Shown here one piece after another: positions 1 to 7,815 of a stretch of 32,765 nt of DNA. The notes beneath the pieces were generated by a model, which searched no databases, was not told the DNA's origin, and was given only the letters and a program-made list of their open reading frames with translations. The stretch covers positions 1-32,765 of the forward strand of contig JBGAIQ010000059.1 of NCBI GenBank assembly GCA_044225365.1. The letters run 5' to 3'. This DNA comes from Planctomycetota bacterium (lineage in GTDB: Bacteria > Planctomycetota > B15-G4 > JADJEK01). Numbering within the stretch: the first letter of the stretch is position 1; each line of letters opens with the position of its first letter. The translations under genes were made by a program, and so were the position numbers.

Positions 1-178
1 AAAGATGGCCGTGCTACGGGCGCGCAAGGTGACCGTGTTCCTACCTACCCCATAAGGTTCGTCGCGAAGACACGTGGGGAAAGCCTTGGCTGGGGTGCCG
101 TCCGCGGCACTCCAGGCAAGGCGCCTCGGTCCATTTCAAAGTGGGCCTCCATGACCCTTCCTCTCGGAGGGACATAAG
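1..178 (+). ncRNA. Structured non-coding region, truncated at the window start; candidate non-coding right end (bridge/seek RNA) of an IS110/IS1111-family element
   Basis: No credible CDS. Consecutive hairpins: 83-122 (18-position stem, one G-G mismatch, one G-U, UCCG loop), 128-147 and 151-175. G-U pairs occur on the + strand. Ends in GGAGGGACAT+AAG, which resembles IS1111-type sub-terminal repeats ending in CAT plus 3 nt. The IS assignment rests on recalled resemblance; no transposase is in the window. Confidence 0.35.
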
Positions 179-250
179 CGCATCGGGGAGTCCGTTCGCG
201 CAGCATGCGCGGTCCTCCGCGCGCGGAGTCGAACGGAGCTCCCCGTGCGC
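178..250. repeat. Branched imperfect palindrome (outer stem enclosing two inner hairpins)
   Basis: GCGCA-t-CGGGGAG-TCCGTTCG (178-198) pairs with CGAACGGA-g-CTCCCCG-TGCGC (230-250). Inner hairpins CGCA-gca-TGCG (199-209) and CTCCGCGCGCGGAG (215-228). Confidence 0.75.
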
Positions 251-280
251 GCCCGACGTCCTGTCCTATCCGCGGTGGTA

Positions 281-407
281 CGTTCCCGAAGAAGCCGCGC
301 GTTCTCAAGAAGATGCCGGGCAGAGCCCGGCGGTCCGCCGTTCAGGGTGTTGCGTTCCCGAAGAGGCCGGGCGGACGAAGAAGATGCCGGGCAGAGCCCG
401 GCGGTCC
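281..407. repeat. Two tandem ~71-72 bp units carrying a REP-like palindrome
   Basis: Identical 30-mer AAGAAGATGCCGGGCAGAGCCCGGCGGTCC at 307-336 and 378-407, containing the hairpin GCCGGGC-AGA-GCCCGGC. CGTTCCCGAAGA is also repeated at 281-292 and 353-364. Confidence 0.85.
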
Positions 408-448
408 AAGTATGTGGGCCTGCATCTTCTCGGGTGTGGTGGGATTCG

Positions 449-1111
449 TCACGGTGCGGCCCGTTCGGCCGCGGGAGGTTCATCGAGGAACATTGCGATC
501 TCGCCGCGCTTCACGCGGCCCACGAGCTTGACGGCATTTGCGGTGGCGCGATTGCAACGCATGCGCACGGTATCGGGTTCGAGACCGAGATCGGCGCCGA
601 TGTCGACGTAGGATTCGCGTTCGATGTGGTGACGAACGACGAGCTCGCGCTCTTCGGGCTCGAGGAGTGCGAGTGCGACTCGCATGATCGCCTGTTCTTG
701 AGTCTCGTCGATGATCGAGCTCGGCGATCGATCCTTGCGCGCCAGAGCATCCGGCGGATCGAGTTCGAGGATGGTGTCGCTCGGCAGCGGCTTCTCGCGG
801 CTGAACCTGCGTAGTTCGCGATTCAGGAACTTTCCGCGGTCCCGCATCATGTTTTGGATCATGCGATAGAGCAGCTTGCGCAGCGTTTCTTCGTTCTTCG
901 CCGACATGTTCGGCAGGTAGTTCAAGAAGACCACGAAGAAGTCCTGCCGTAGGTCGATGGTCTCGAACTTGGCTTCGATCGCCCTTCCGCGTTCGTTGCG
1001 GATCCAGCCGTCGACCTCGGGCGCGAGTCGCACGAGCAGTTCTTGGAGCGCGCTCTTGTCGTCGCTCTTCACTCGCTGCAGCAGTACGGTGATTCCATTC
1101 GATTCGACCAT
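449..1111 (-). CDS. ECF-type RNA polymerase sigma-70 factor (planctomycete type)
   Basis: N-terminal LLQRVKSDDKSALQELL, region 2 DLRQDFF...LYRMIQNMMRD, SPSS linker, region 4 ALALLEPEERELV...SYVDIGADLGLEPDTVRMRCNRA. GGAGGA-like RBS upstream on the minus strand. Confidence 0.9.
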   Translation of the reverse strand: MVESNGITVLLQRVKSDDKSALQELLVRLAPEVDGWIRNERGRAIEAKFETIDLRQDFFVVFLNYLPNMSAKNEETLRKLLYRMIQNMMRDRGKFLNRELRRFSREKPLPSDTILELDPPDALARKDRSPSSIIDETQEQAIMRVALALLEPEERELVVRHHIERESYVDIGADLGLEPDTVRMRCNRATANAVKLVGRVKRGEIAMFLDEPPAAERAAP

Positions 1112-1151
1112 GGGTCTTCGGTCCTCCCCGCGAAGGCGGATTCACGACGCG

Positions 1152-1157
1152 ATTGTA
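1152..1157 (-). promoter_or_regulatory. Putative -10 box (TACAAT) for the ECF gene
   Basis: ATTGTA on the + strand reads TACAAT on the minus strand, about 40 nt upstream of the ATG at 1111 in the divergent intergenic region. Confidence 0.4.
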
Positions 1158-1219
1158 GCGAACTTCCAGAACACGGGGGGAGTGGATCGCTCGCTCACGC
1201 ATCGAGGGGATTTCGTTCG

Positions 1220-1225
1220 TATACT
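1220..1225 (+). promoter_or_regulatory. Putative -10 box (TATACT), probably a leaderless transcript
   Basis: TATACT ends 8 nt before ATG 1234 with no Shine-Dalgarno in between. Confidence 0.5.
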
Positions 1226-1233
1226 CCGGGTCC

Positions 1234-2667
1234 ATGGCGAATCACTCGACGCTCCTTCCCCACTGGCTCGAAGATCCCGAAGATCCGATCTACAAGTTCG
1301 CGACGAAGCGGGCTTGGGAAACGACCGGAGGCGGACCGCCGCCCACGAATCGTCTCGCGCGAATCGTGAGAGTGATCGATCTCGCCATCCGTGGGCTCGT
1401 CCACAACGACGCATCGACGCACTCGGCGGCGATGACCTACACGACGATCCTGTCGCTCGTCCCGCTCCTTGCGTTCATCTTCACGATGGCGAAGACCTTC
1501 GGCGCCTACGACAAGATCGTGAACGAGCAGCTCAATCCGATGCTCAACACGTACATGCCGGCGGATCCCACGCCGGACGCGGTGGGCGGAGCAGAATCGA
1601 CCCAAGGTGGAACGGCAACCCCGCCAGCGACGCCCGTCGCGAGCGGAGCGGGTCAGATGCGTTCGGCGATCGATCAAATCCTTGGCTTCGTCGAGAAGAC
1701 CGATGCTTCGAAGCTCGGACTCTTCGGTCTCCTCGCGTTCCTCTACACCGCAATCGGATTGCTGAAGACGCTCGAGCACAGCTTCAATCGCATCTTCCGC
1801 GTCTCGAGCGATCGATCGATGGGGCGGCGGGTCGTCGACTACACGGCGTTGCTCGTATTGTCGCCGGTCTTGCTCGCGCTCTCCGTCGGCGTCCTCGGTG
1901 CTTTGCAATCGAACAGCCTCGTTGCGTGGCTCGATTCGAATCTTCACCTCGGGCCGGTCTTCACGATCCTGTTCAAACTCGTGGGCGCGGCGATCCTCGC
2001 GGGTTCGTTCGCCTTCATGTACGTGTTCATCCCGAACACGAAGGTTCGACTGGCTTCCGGGATGGTCGGTGGGATCGTTGGGTTCCTGCTGTGGGTCGGA
2101 CTCATCATGCTGATCGTGAAGGCCGGTGTCGGCGTCGCGGGATACAACTCGCTATACGCCGGATTCGCGGCGTTTCCGATCCTCTTGTTCGGTCTCTTCC
2201 TGAGTTGGACCGCGACGATGCTTGGCGCTCACGTGACCTGGGCACATCAGGTCGAACCGCGATTCTGCGAAATCCTCGCGCACGGACGGGCCGATCCGAA
2301 GAATCGCGAGGAGAACGCCGTGCGGCTCCTGTGCATTCTCTCGCGCGTCCACACACTGGGTCAGAAGCCGCACACCGCGGAGACGCTCGCCCGCGAACTC
2401 GCGTTGTCGAAGGCGAGCGTCGAGAGTCTGCTCGACGACCTCGATGATCGCGGTATCGTCGTGCGCGGCGAGAAGGAAAAGAAGGTCGTCCTCGCCGCGT
2501 CAGCGAATCGCGTCGAACTCCATGCCGTCGTCGCCGCCGTTCGGCATGGCGATCCCGAGGAGACCCCGAACATGGACGTGATCGATCGTGCGCTCGTCGC
2601 GCTGCGCAAGGAGGAGGCGAAGGTCCCCGCTGGTCAGGTGAAGGTGGCGGATCTGCTCGGGTCCTGA
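1234..2667 (+). CDS. YihY/BrkB (UPF0761) family inner-membrane protein with C-terminal Rrf2-like winged HTH
   Basis: AAMTYTTILSLVPLLA, LEHSFNRIFRV, FMYVFIPNTKV, YNSLYAGFAAFPILL motifs and multiple TM helices. C-terminal TAETLARELALSKASVESLLDDLDDRGIV is HTH-like. Confidence 0.9.
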   Translation: MANHSTLLPHWLEDPEDPIYKFATKRAWETTGGGPPPTNRLARIVRVIDLAIRGLVHNDASTHSAAMTYTTILSLVPLLAFIFTMAKTFGAYDKIVNEQLNPMLNTYMPADPTPDAVGGAESTQGGTATPPATPVASGAGQMRSAIDQILGFVEKTDASKLGLFGLLAFLYTAIGLLKTLEHSFNRIFRVSSDRSMGRRVVDYTALLVLSPVLLALSVGVLGALQSNSLVAWLDSNLHLGPVFTILFKLVGAAILAGSFAFMYVFIPNTKVRLASGMVGGIVGFLLWVGLIMLIVKAGVGVAGYNSLYAGFAAFPILLFGLFLSWTATMLGAHVTWAHQVEPRFCEILAHGRADPKNREENAVRLLCILSRVHTLGQKPHTAETLARELALSKASVESLLDDLDDRGIVVRGEKEKKVVLAASANRVELHAVVAAVRHGDPEETPNMDVIDRALVALRKEEAKVPAGQVKVADLLGS

Positions 2668-2774
2668 CTCGCGAAGCGAGCGACCGTGTTCGGTCGGCAG
2701 AGCGGACTCGTTTCGGTCCGGTGACGGATGTCCCGTCGACTCGAAACGAAACCCCTCCCTCTCCGGAATCCGCC

Positions 2775-4037
2775 ATGGACCTTCGCAATCTCCTCGCCGC
2801 CGCCCTCCCGTTCAGTGCCCTCTTCGCCGCCGCCGCGCACGCCGACGAATTCAAAGCGAACCACATGTTCGTCGGCAGCGTGAATTCTCATTCGATCAAC
2901 GAATTCGACGAGAGCGGACAGTTCGTTCGCACGATGATCCCGTCGGGCATGACCTCGCCCGAGTCCCTCGCGTTCGGACCGAACGGACGGCTCTACGCGG
3001 TCTCTTCGCTCTCGAACGAGATCTTCGAGATCCTCCCGAACGGAGACGTCGCGAAGAAGTATCCGCTCGAGAGCCCGTTCCACCCGAATGCGATCAGCTT
3101 CGGCCCCGGCGGGTTCCTGTACGTCCACAGCACCTCGAAGCGGGCGATCTTTCTGATCGACGTGCTCGCGGGCACGGGTCAGGGTTTTGGCAGCATTCCC
3201 GACGCGTCCGCGGTGGGCTTCGACGACTTCAAATTCACTTCGAACGGCACGATCATCGCGACGGTCGCGGGCCAGGGCTTCATCCTGGAGGAGAACTTGC
3301 TCGGTCAGATGATGCGCTTCAAGGGCGTGTTCAACAACTCCCTGCCCCGCGGCATCGCCGTCGGTCCCTTCGAACAGGTCTGGTATGCGTCGGAGACGAG
3401 TTCCTCGCTCGTGCGATCGACGGCTTATCTCGCCACTCTCGACACGTTCGGCGACGCGGCGTACAGCCAGGCGCAGAAGATCGCCTTCGGTCCGAATGGC
3501 CATCTCTTCGTCTGCTCGAAGGGCTTCAACAACGTCGCGGAATTCGATGCTCGCGACTTCTCGTTCGTGCGCCTCATCGGGACCTCCGCGCCTTCGATGG
3601 ACGGAGTGACGAGCATCGCGTTCGCGCCGTCGCGCTTCGAGGGTGAGATCGACTTCCGGCTCGCCGACGACGAGAACGACACCGACTCGACCGAAGAAGA
3701 CGTGTTCATCTCGATCGCGCCGGGCTCGCACTCGATCATGGTCCAGTTCAAGAACGGCAAGAGCGGAGACGGCATCTCCAGCAAGTTCTTCCAGGACGCG
3801 ATCGTCTTCCACGGCACGGAGCCCATGACCTCCGGCAGCAAGCGTCTCATCGACGGCACGGAGATGGGGAACGACGCTGGCGACGGCACGGCCCACATCG
3901 ACCTCGAGGTGAAGGCGTCGCCGAAGGGTAACTTCGGATTCATCGTCGCGAAGAAGGCATCGGGCCACTTCAGTCGCTCGGGCGCGGGTGGATTCTTCGC
4001 CGGAGAGATCAAAACGAAGAAGCTGCTGAACGGCTGA
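2775..4037 (+). CDS. Secreted NHL/Vgb-like beta-propeller protein with an uncharacterised C-terminal domain
   Basis: Signal peptide MDLRNLLAAALPFSALFAAAAHA|D, so ATG 2775 is preferred over GTG 2721. Repeats PESLAFGPNGRLY, PNAISFGPGGFLY, PRGIAVGPFEQVW, AQKIAFGPNGHLF. Confidence 0.8.
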   Translation: MDLRNLLAAALPFSALFAAAAHADEFKANHMFVGSVNSHSINEFDESGQFVRTMIPSGMTSPESLAFGPNGRLYAVSSLSNEIFEILPNGDVAKKYPLESPFHPNAISFGPGGFLYVHSTSKRAIFLIDVLAGTGQGFGSIPDASAVGFDDFKFTSNGTIIATVAGQGFILEENLLGQMMRFKGVFNNSLPRGIAVGPFEQVWYASETSSSLVRSTAYLATLDTFGDAAYSQAQKIAFGPNGHLFVCSKGFNNVAEFDARDFSFVRLIGTSAPSMDGVTSIAFAPSRFEGEIDFRLADDENDTDSTEEDVFISIAPGSHSIMVQFKNGKSGDGISSKFFQDAIVFHGTEPMTSGSKRLIDGTEMGNDAGDGTAHIDLEVKASPKGNFGFIVAKKASGHFSRSGAGGFFAGEIKTKKLLNG

Positions 4038-4061
4038 TCCGTCGCGTCTCCGAACGCGCCC

Positions 4062-4106
4062 GCGGCCCGCCCCGCTTCGGCTCGTTGTCGAGGCGGGGCG
4101 GGCCGC
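4062..4106. terminator. 20-bp GC-rich hairpin between convergent genes (likely bidirectional terminator)
   Basis: GCGGCCCGCCCCGCTTCGGC-tcgtt-GTCGAGGCGGGGCGGGCCGC with two G-U pairs. Lies between stops at 4037 (+) and 4128 (-). No U tract. Confidence 0.65.
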
Positions 4107-4127
4107 AGTGTCGTTCGCGGCGTGCCG

Positions 4128-4448
4128 TCAGAGGGTCGGGCCGCGCAGTTTCTCCGACTCCTTCAACTCGCGTTCGAGGCTCGCGATCTTCTCGAGGTAC
4201 TGCAAGCGGTGCCCCGTCGTGAGGTAAAGGGCCGAGATGGTGAGCGCGATCGCGCCGAGGCAAACGAGGACCGCCTTGAACCACCCGAAGACGAAGCCGG
4301 TGGGGATCGCGGCCACGATGCCGATGACGACGAGGAAGGGCGAACGCTGGCGATCTCGGTTCACGCTCTCGAGGTTCTTCTTGTTCCAATCGATCTGGCT
4401 CTGGAGCCAGCGCAAATGGGCTTCGTGATTGTCGGGCGCTTGCGTCAT
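4128..4448 (-). CDS. Small membrane protein (two TM helices flanked by coiled coils), 106 aa
   Basis: C-terminal part of ORF 4128..4967 from MTQAPDNH. Hydrophobic PFLVVIGIVAAIPTGFVFGW and AVLVCLGAIALTISALYL. Starts 23 nt after the RDD gene stop. Confidence 0.7.
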   Translation of the reverse strand: MTQAPDNHEAHLRWLQSQIDWNKKNLESVNRDRQRSPFLVVIGIVAAIPTGFVFGWFKAVLVCLGAIALTISALYLTTGHRLQYLEKIASLERELKESEKLRGPTL

Positions 4449-4471
4449 GGCATTCTCTCGGGCAGGGCAAT

Positions 4472-5053
4472 CTACGACTTGCCGGGCGCCCGCGCGACGA
4501 CGCTCTTCATGATGAGATCGTGCGGCGCTTGGTGGTTCGGCGTGAGGAATGCAGTCACGAACCACGAGCCGACCAGGAACGTGGAGAGCATGAAGGGCGG
4601 CCGCATCAGTGCGTCGTTGGGGGCGTCCCACACCGGGGTGGGGAGCATGAGCGCGAGGTGGGTCATCTCCCAAGGCGCGAGCTTCAGGATCGAGCGGACG
4701 AAGGCGCGCGCGAACGTGAGGGTCTCTCCGTCGAGACCGGTCACCTGGAGACCGAAGATCCGTTTGCCGATCGTGGCACGATGGCGACCCGAATCGCCGC
4801 GAGCGAAGTAGAGCCAGACGGGGAGCGAGATCGTGAGCAGGATGTAGATCTCGATCTGCCATCCTACGTGGGCGAACGCCGGATTCGCATTGGGGTAGAC
4901 GTGCTGGAACGATGCGTAGTGAACGGTCCCGAGTACGGCGACGAGGAGCGCGAGATCGACGAGGCAAGCGAACACGCGGCGCGGCATCAAGGCGAGCGCG
5001 AACGGGTCGCCAGGCCCATCCTCTTCGTCGTCGTCAGCGGGGGTATCGTCCAT
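4472..5053 (-). CDS. RDD family membrane protein
   Basis: PRRVFACLVDL, ATIGKRIFGLQV, FARAFVRSILK, QAPHDLIMKSVV are typical RDD motifs. Start placed at MDDTPA (5053) to avoid overlap with the divergent gene. Confidence 0.85.
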   Translation of the reverse strand: MDDTPADDDEEDGPGDPFALALMPRRVFACLVDLALLVAVLGTVHYASFQHVYPNANPAFAHVGWQIEIYILLTISLPVWLYFARGDSGRHRATIGKRIFGLQVTGLDGETLTFARAFVRSILKLAPWEMTHLALMLPTPVWDAPNDALMRPPFMLSTFLVGSWFVTAFLTPNHQAPHDLIMKSVVARAPGKS

Positions 5054-5120
5054 TCTCGACAGATTAGCGTCTTCATCGAATACATCGCCGCCATTACGCT
5101 GTTCAGGAAGAAGGTGCCCC

Positions 5121-5831
5121 ATGAGCGATGTGCCGAATCCCACGCCCGTACCCGTTCCCGCACGGCTCGTGCTTTCGCCGATGGAGCGCCGAGTGATCGG
5201 CACGCTGATCGAGAAGGGGCTCTCGAATCCCCAGTACTACCCGATGACGCTGAACCTGCTCGAGGCGGGCTGCAATCAGAAGAACAACCGCGACCCGCTC
5301 ACGAACTATTCGGAGACCGAGATCGAGGAGTGTTGTCGCAAGCTGCAGGAACGCGGTCTCGTCGCGCATCTATTCCCGTCGACGGGTCGCGTCGGTCGCT
5401 GGCGACAAGAATTCGGTCGCGTCTTCCAGGTCAATGCCGTCGAACTCGCGATCATCGGCGAACTCCTCCTGCGCGGCGCTCAGTCCGAGGGCGAATTGCG
5501 GCAGAGAGCCTCGCGAATGCGCGAGATCGCGAGCCTCGAGGATCTCGATGCGCTCCTCGTGAAGCTGTCGCAGAGCGCGCCTCGCTGGGTCGTGCGCCTC
5601 ACCCCCGAAGGGGTCTCGCGGGGGGTGCGCTACACCCATGCCTGCTACCCGGAAGCCGAACTCGATGCGCTGGTGGCCGCGGAACGCTCGGGGGCGCCCT
5701 TGCCGTCCGCCCGGTCCGCCGCGGGGTTCGAAGAACGAGCTGCGCCGGCCCCCAATGTCGTCGCCGAGTTGCGCGAGAAGATCGCCGCCCTGGAAGCGCG
5801 AGTCGCCGCCCTCGAAGCGCGGTCTCCCTGA
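5121..5831 (+). CDS. DUF480 / YceH (UPF0502) family protein
   Basis: LSPMERRVIGTLIEK, YYPMTLNLLEAGCNQKNNRDP, ELLLRGAQSEGELRQRASRM, and C-terminal coiled coil LEARVAALE. Confidence 0.9.
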   Translation: MSDVPNPTPVPVPARLVLSPMERRVIGTLIEKGLSNPQYYPMTLNLLEAGCNQKNNRDPLTNYSETEIEECCRKLQERGLVAHLFPSTGRVGRWRQEFGRVFQVNAVELAIIGELLLRGAQSEGELRQRASRMREIASLEDLDALLVKLSQSAPRWVVRLTPEGVSRGVRYTHACYPEAELDALVAAERSGAPLPSARSAAGFEERAAPAPNVVAELREKIAALEARVAALEARSP

Positions 5832-5932
5832 CTTCGAACGGGTTTGCCGTGAATCCGAAGGGCCCTTGATCGCACCTTCATTTCGAAAGTCGATGGTAAC
5901 CGGCACAGTCGTTCGCGCATTCAAGGAGCGCC

Positions 5933-7660
5933 ATGACTCCAGCCGATGCCTCGCCCATCTTCGCCCTTCCTCATTCGCGTTTCGCGAGCCCTCTCGTGCG
6001 CGTTGCGGAGCGCATGCTGGGATTCGACGCTCTGAACCTGCTGCACCGCTCGCTCATCGGCGACAACTCCCACGAGCAGGTTCGACGCGCTCTCGACGGC
6101 CTCGCGATCAAGGTCGAAGTCGAAAGCGGAGGCGGCAAGACGAGGCGTGCGCGGTTTCCAGCCACGGGGGCGGCGATCGTCGTCTCGAATCTCCCGAACG
6201 GGCTCATCGACGGCCTTGCGCTCGCGAAGGCCCTGCTCGACGTCCGATCCGACGTCCGCATGCTCGTCGCGCGTCGTGAACGCCGACTTCCCGAACTCGG
6301 CGGCCTCCTGCTCGAACTCGACCCGAAGGGTGTCGATCGCGCGCGAAACTCCCGTGTACTACGCGAGGCGATTCGACACGTCCAGAACGGCGGCGTCCTC
6401 GCGCTCTTCCCCGCGATGGATACGCCCGGTTTGCCCGTCGATGGGGGTTCCCACGACGGCCCATGGGCGCCGTTCGTCGCGACGATCGCGCGCCGTGCCG
6501 ATGCGCCGGTGATTCCGGTCTACATCGCGCCTTCGCAACCATCGTTCTGGCGAGCGCAGTTGCTGCGTGCGCCGCGCCTGCGTCGCTTCCTCGAACCGAA
6601 CGCATTGCTCGCACGGCGAGGCGCGGCCCTGCGGATTCGACTCGGCCATTCCATCGCACCCGAGGGGTTTGCGCGCTTCGCCCAGGATCGCGAGCTCACC
6701 GACTACTTCCGGCTGCGATCGAGCCTGCTCGGGCGCGCGGGTGTCGCGACGGCGGTTCCCGGTCGCACGCTCGCGCCGATCGCGGCGGAGATCGCACACG
6801 AGTTGCTCGCGGCCGAACTCGCTCGTTTGCCCGCGGATCGAAGGCTCGCGAGCGGCGGGGACCTCGACGTATTCGTCGCGCGAGCCTCGGAGATCCCGAG
6901 CGTCATGCTCGAGATCGGGCGCCTTCGCGAACTCACGTTCCGCGCCGTCGACGAAGGGACCGGCGAGTCACGCGATCTCGATCGCCACGACGCAGACTAT
7001 CGCCACCTCGTGTTGTGGGACCGGAAGGCCGAACGCGTCGTGGGAGGATACCGACTCGGGCTCACCGACGAACTGCTCGCGAAGGGAGGTCCGGAGTCCC
7101 TCTATACGCACAGCCTCTTCGAATACGGCGAAGCGTTCTTGTCCCGGATCGGACACGCGATCGAACTCGGCCGCTCGTTCATCGTGCCGGAGTATCAGCG
7201 GAGCATCCTGCCGCTCGACCTCCTATGGCGCGGCATCGGCGCATTCCTGGCGAAGAACCCGCGGTATACCACGCTGTTCGGTCCCGTGACGATCAGCGGC
7301 GCGTACAGCTTCCTCTCGCGGGAACTCATCGTCGGCCACATCGAACAACACCAATTCGACGCAGCACTGGCCCGCTGCGTACGGGCGCGCACACCTCCGA
7401 AGCGACTCGATTCGCGACGCCTCGGCCTACGGTGGACGAAGGCGATGGTGGAAGACACGACCGAGGTCTCGCGCATGGTCACCGAGGTCGAACCCGACGA
7501 GAAGGGAATCCCGGTGCTGGTGCGCGAGTACCTGAAACTCGGTGGTCAGTTCGTTGGATTCAACCTCGACGCGAGCTTTGGGGACTGCCTCGACGGACTC
7601 GTCATCGTGGACGTGAAGCACATGCCCGAGAAATACCGCCGGCGATACCTCGGCGCCTGA
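5933..7660 (+). CDS. Two-domain acyltransferase: N-terminal PlsC-like domain plus C-terminal GNAT (OlsF-like / putative hemolysin family)
   Basis: N-domain SNLPNGLIDG and LALFPA. C-domain EIGRLRELTFRAVDEGTG..DLDRHD..YRHLVLWD, VGGYRLG, IELGRSFIVPEYQR, IPVLVREYLKLGG, FGDCLDGL. Confidence 0.85.
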   Translation: MTPADASPIFALPHSRFASPLVRVAERMLGFDALNLLHRSLIGDNSHEQVRRALDGLAIKVEVESGGGKTRRARFPATGAAIVVSNLPNGLIDGLALAKALLDVRSDVRMLVARRERRLPELGGLLLELDPKGVDRARNSRVLREAIRHVQNGGVLALFPAMDTPGLPVDGGSHDGPWAPFVATIARRADAPVIPVYIAPSQPSFWRAQLLRAPRLRRFLEPNALLARRGAALRIRLGHSIAPEGFARFAQDRELTDYFRLRSSLLGRAGVATAVPGRTLAPIAAEIAHELLAAELARLPADRRLASGGDLDVFVARASEIPSVMLEIGRLRELTFRAVDEGTGESRDLDRHDADYRHLVLWDRKAERVVGGYRLGLTDELLAKGGPESLYTHSLFEYGEAFLSRIGHAIELGRSFIVPEYQRSILPLDLLWRGIGAFLAKNPRYTTLFGPVTISGAYSFLSRELIVGHIEQHQFDAALARCVRARTPPKRLDSRRLGLRWTKAMVEDTTEVSRMVTEVEPDEKGIPVLVREYLKLGGQFVGFNLDASFGDCLDGLVIVDVKHMPEKYRRRYLGA

Positions 7661-7815
7661 GCGGGCATTCCCATCTCCAATTCTCATCCACAGGGGCATC
7701 GTTCCCACCCGACGTGATCGCGGAGCCCCGCGGTTCGAGTAACGACCGTGGCACGGTGATTGATCGAACGCTCCTCCGAGCGTCGCAGGTACACGGCGAC
7801 GAGAAGGAGTTCCCT

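Noticed and set aside
1-50. Group II intron 3' end (CCTACCTAC resembles domain VI)
   Set aside because: The preceding sequence does not match the conserved domain V 3' arm, and the structure continues downstream.
178-250. Possible integron attC site
   Set aside because: Has bulged bases but lacks the RYYYAAC and GTTRRRY core sites, and there is no cassette array.
307-407. Possible mini-CRISPR (30-bp palindromic repeat, 41-bp spacer)
   Set aside because: Only two copies, similarity extends into the supposed spacer, and there are no cas genes in the window. A REP-like tandem unit fits better.
6463-7815. N-terminal 451 codons of ORF 6463..9507, suggesting a fusion or overlap
   Set aside because: Off-frame overlap with the acyltransferase. 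A good RBS, GTG and signal-like sequence at 7816 explain the real gene.
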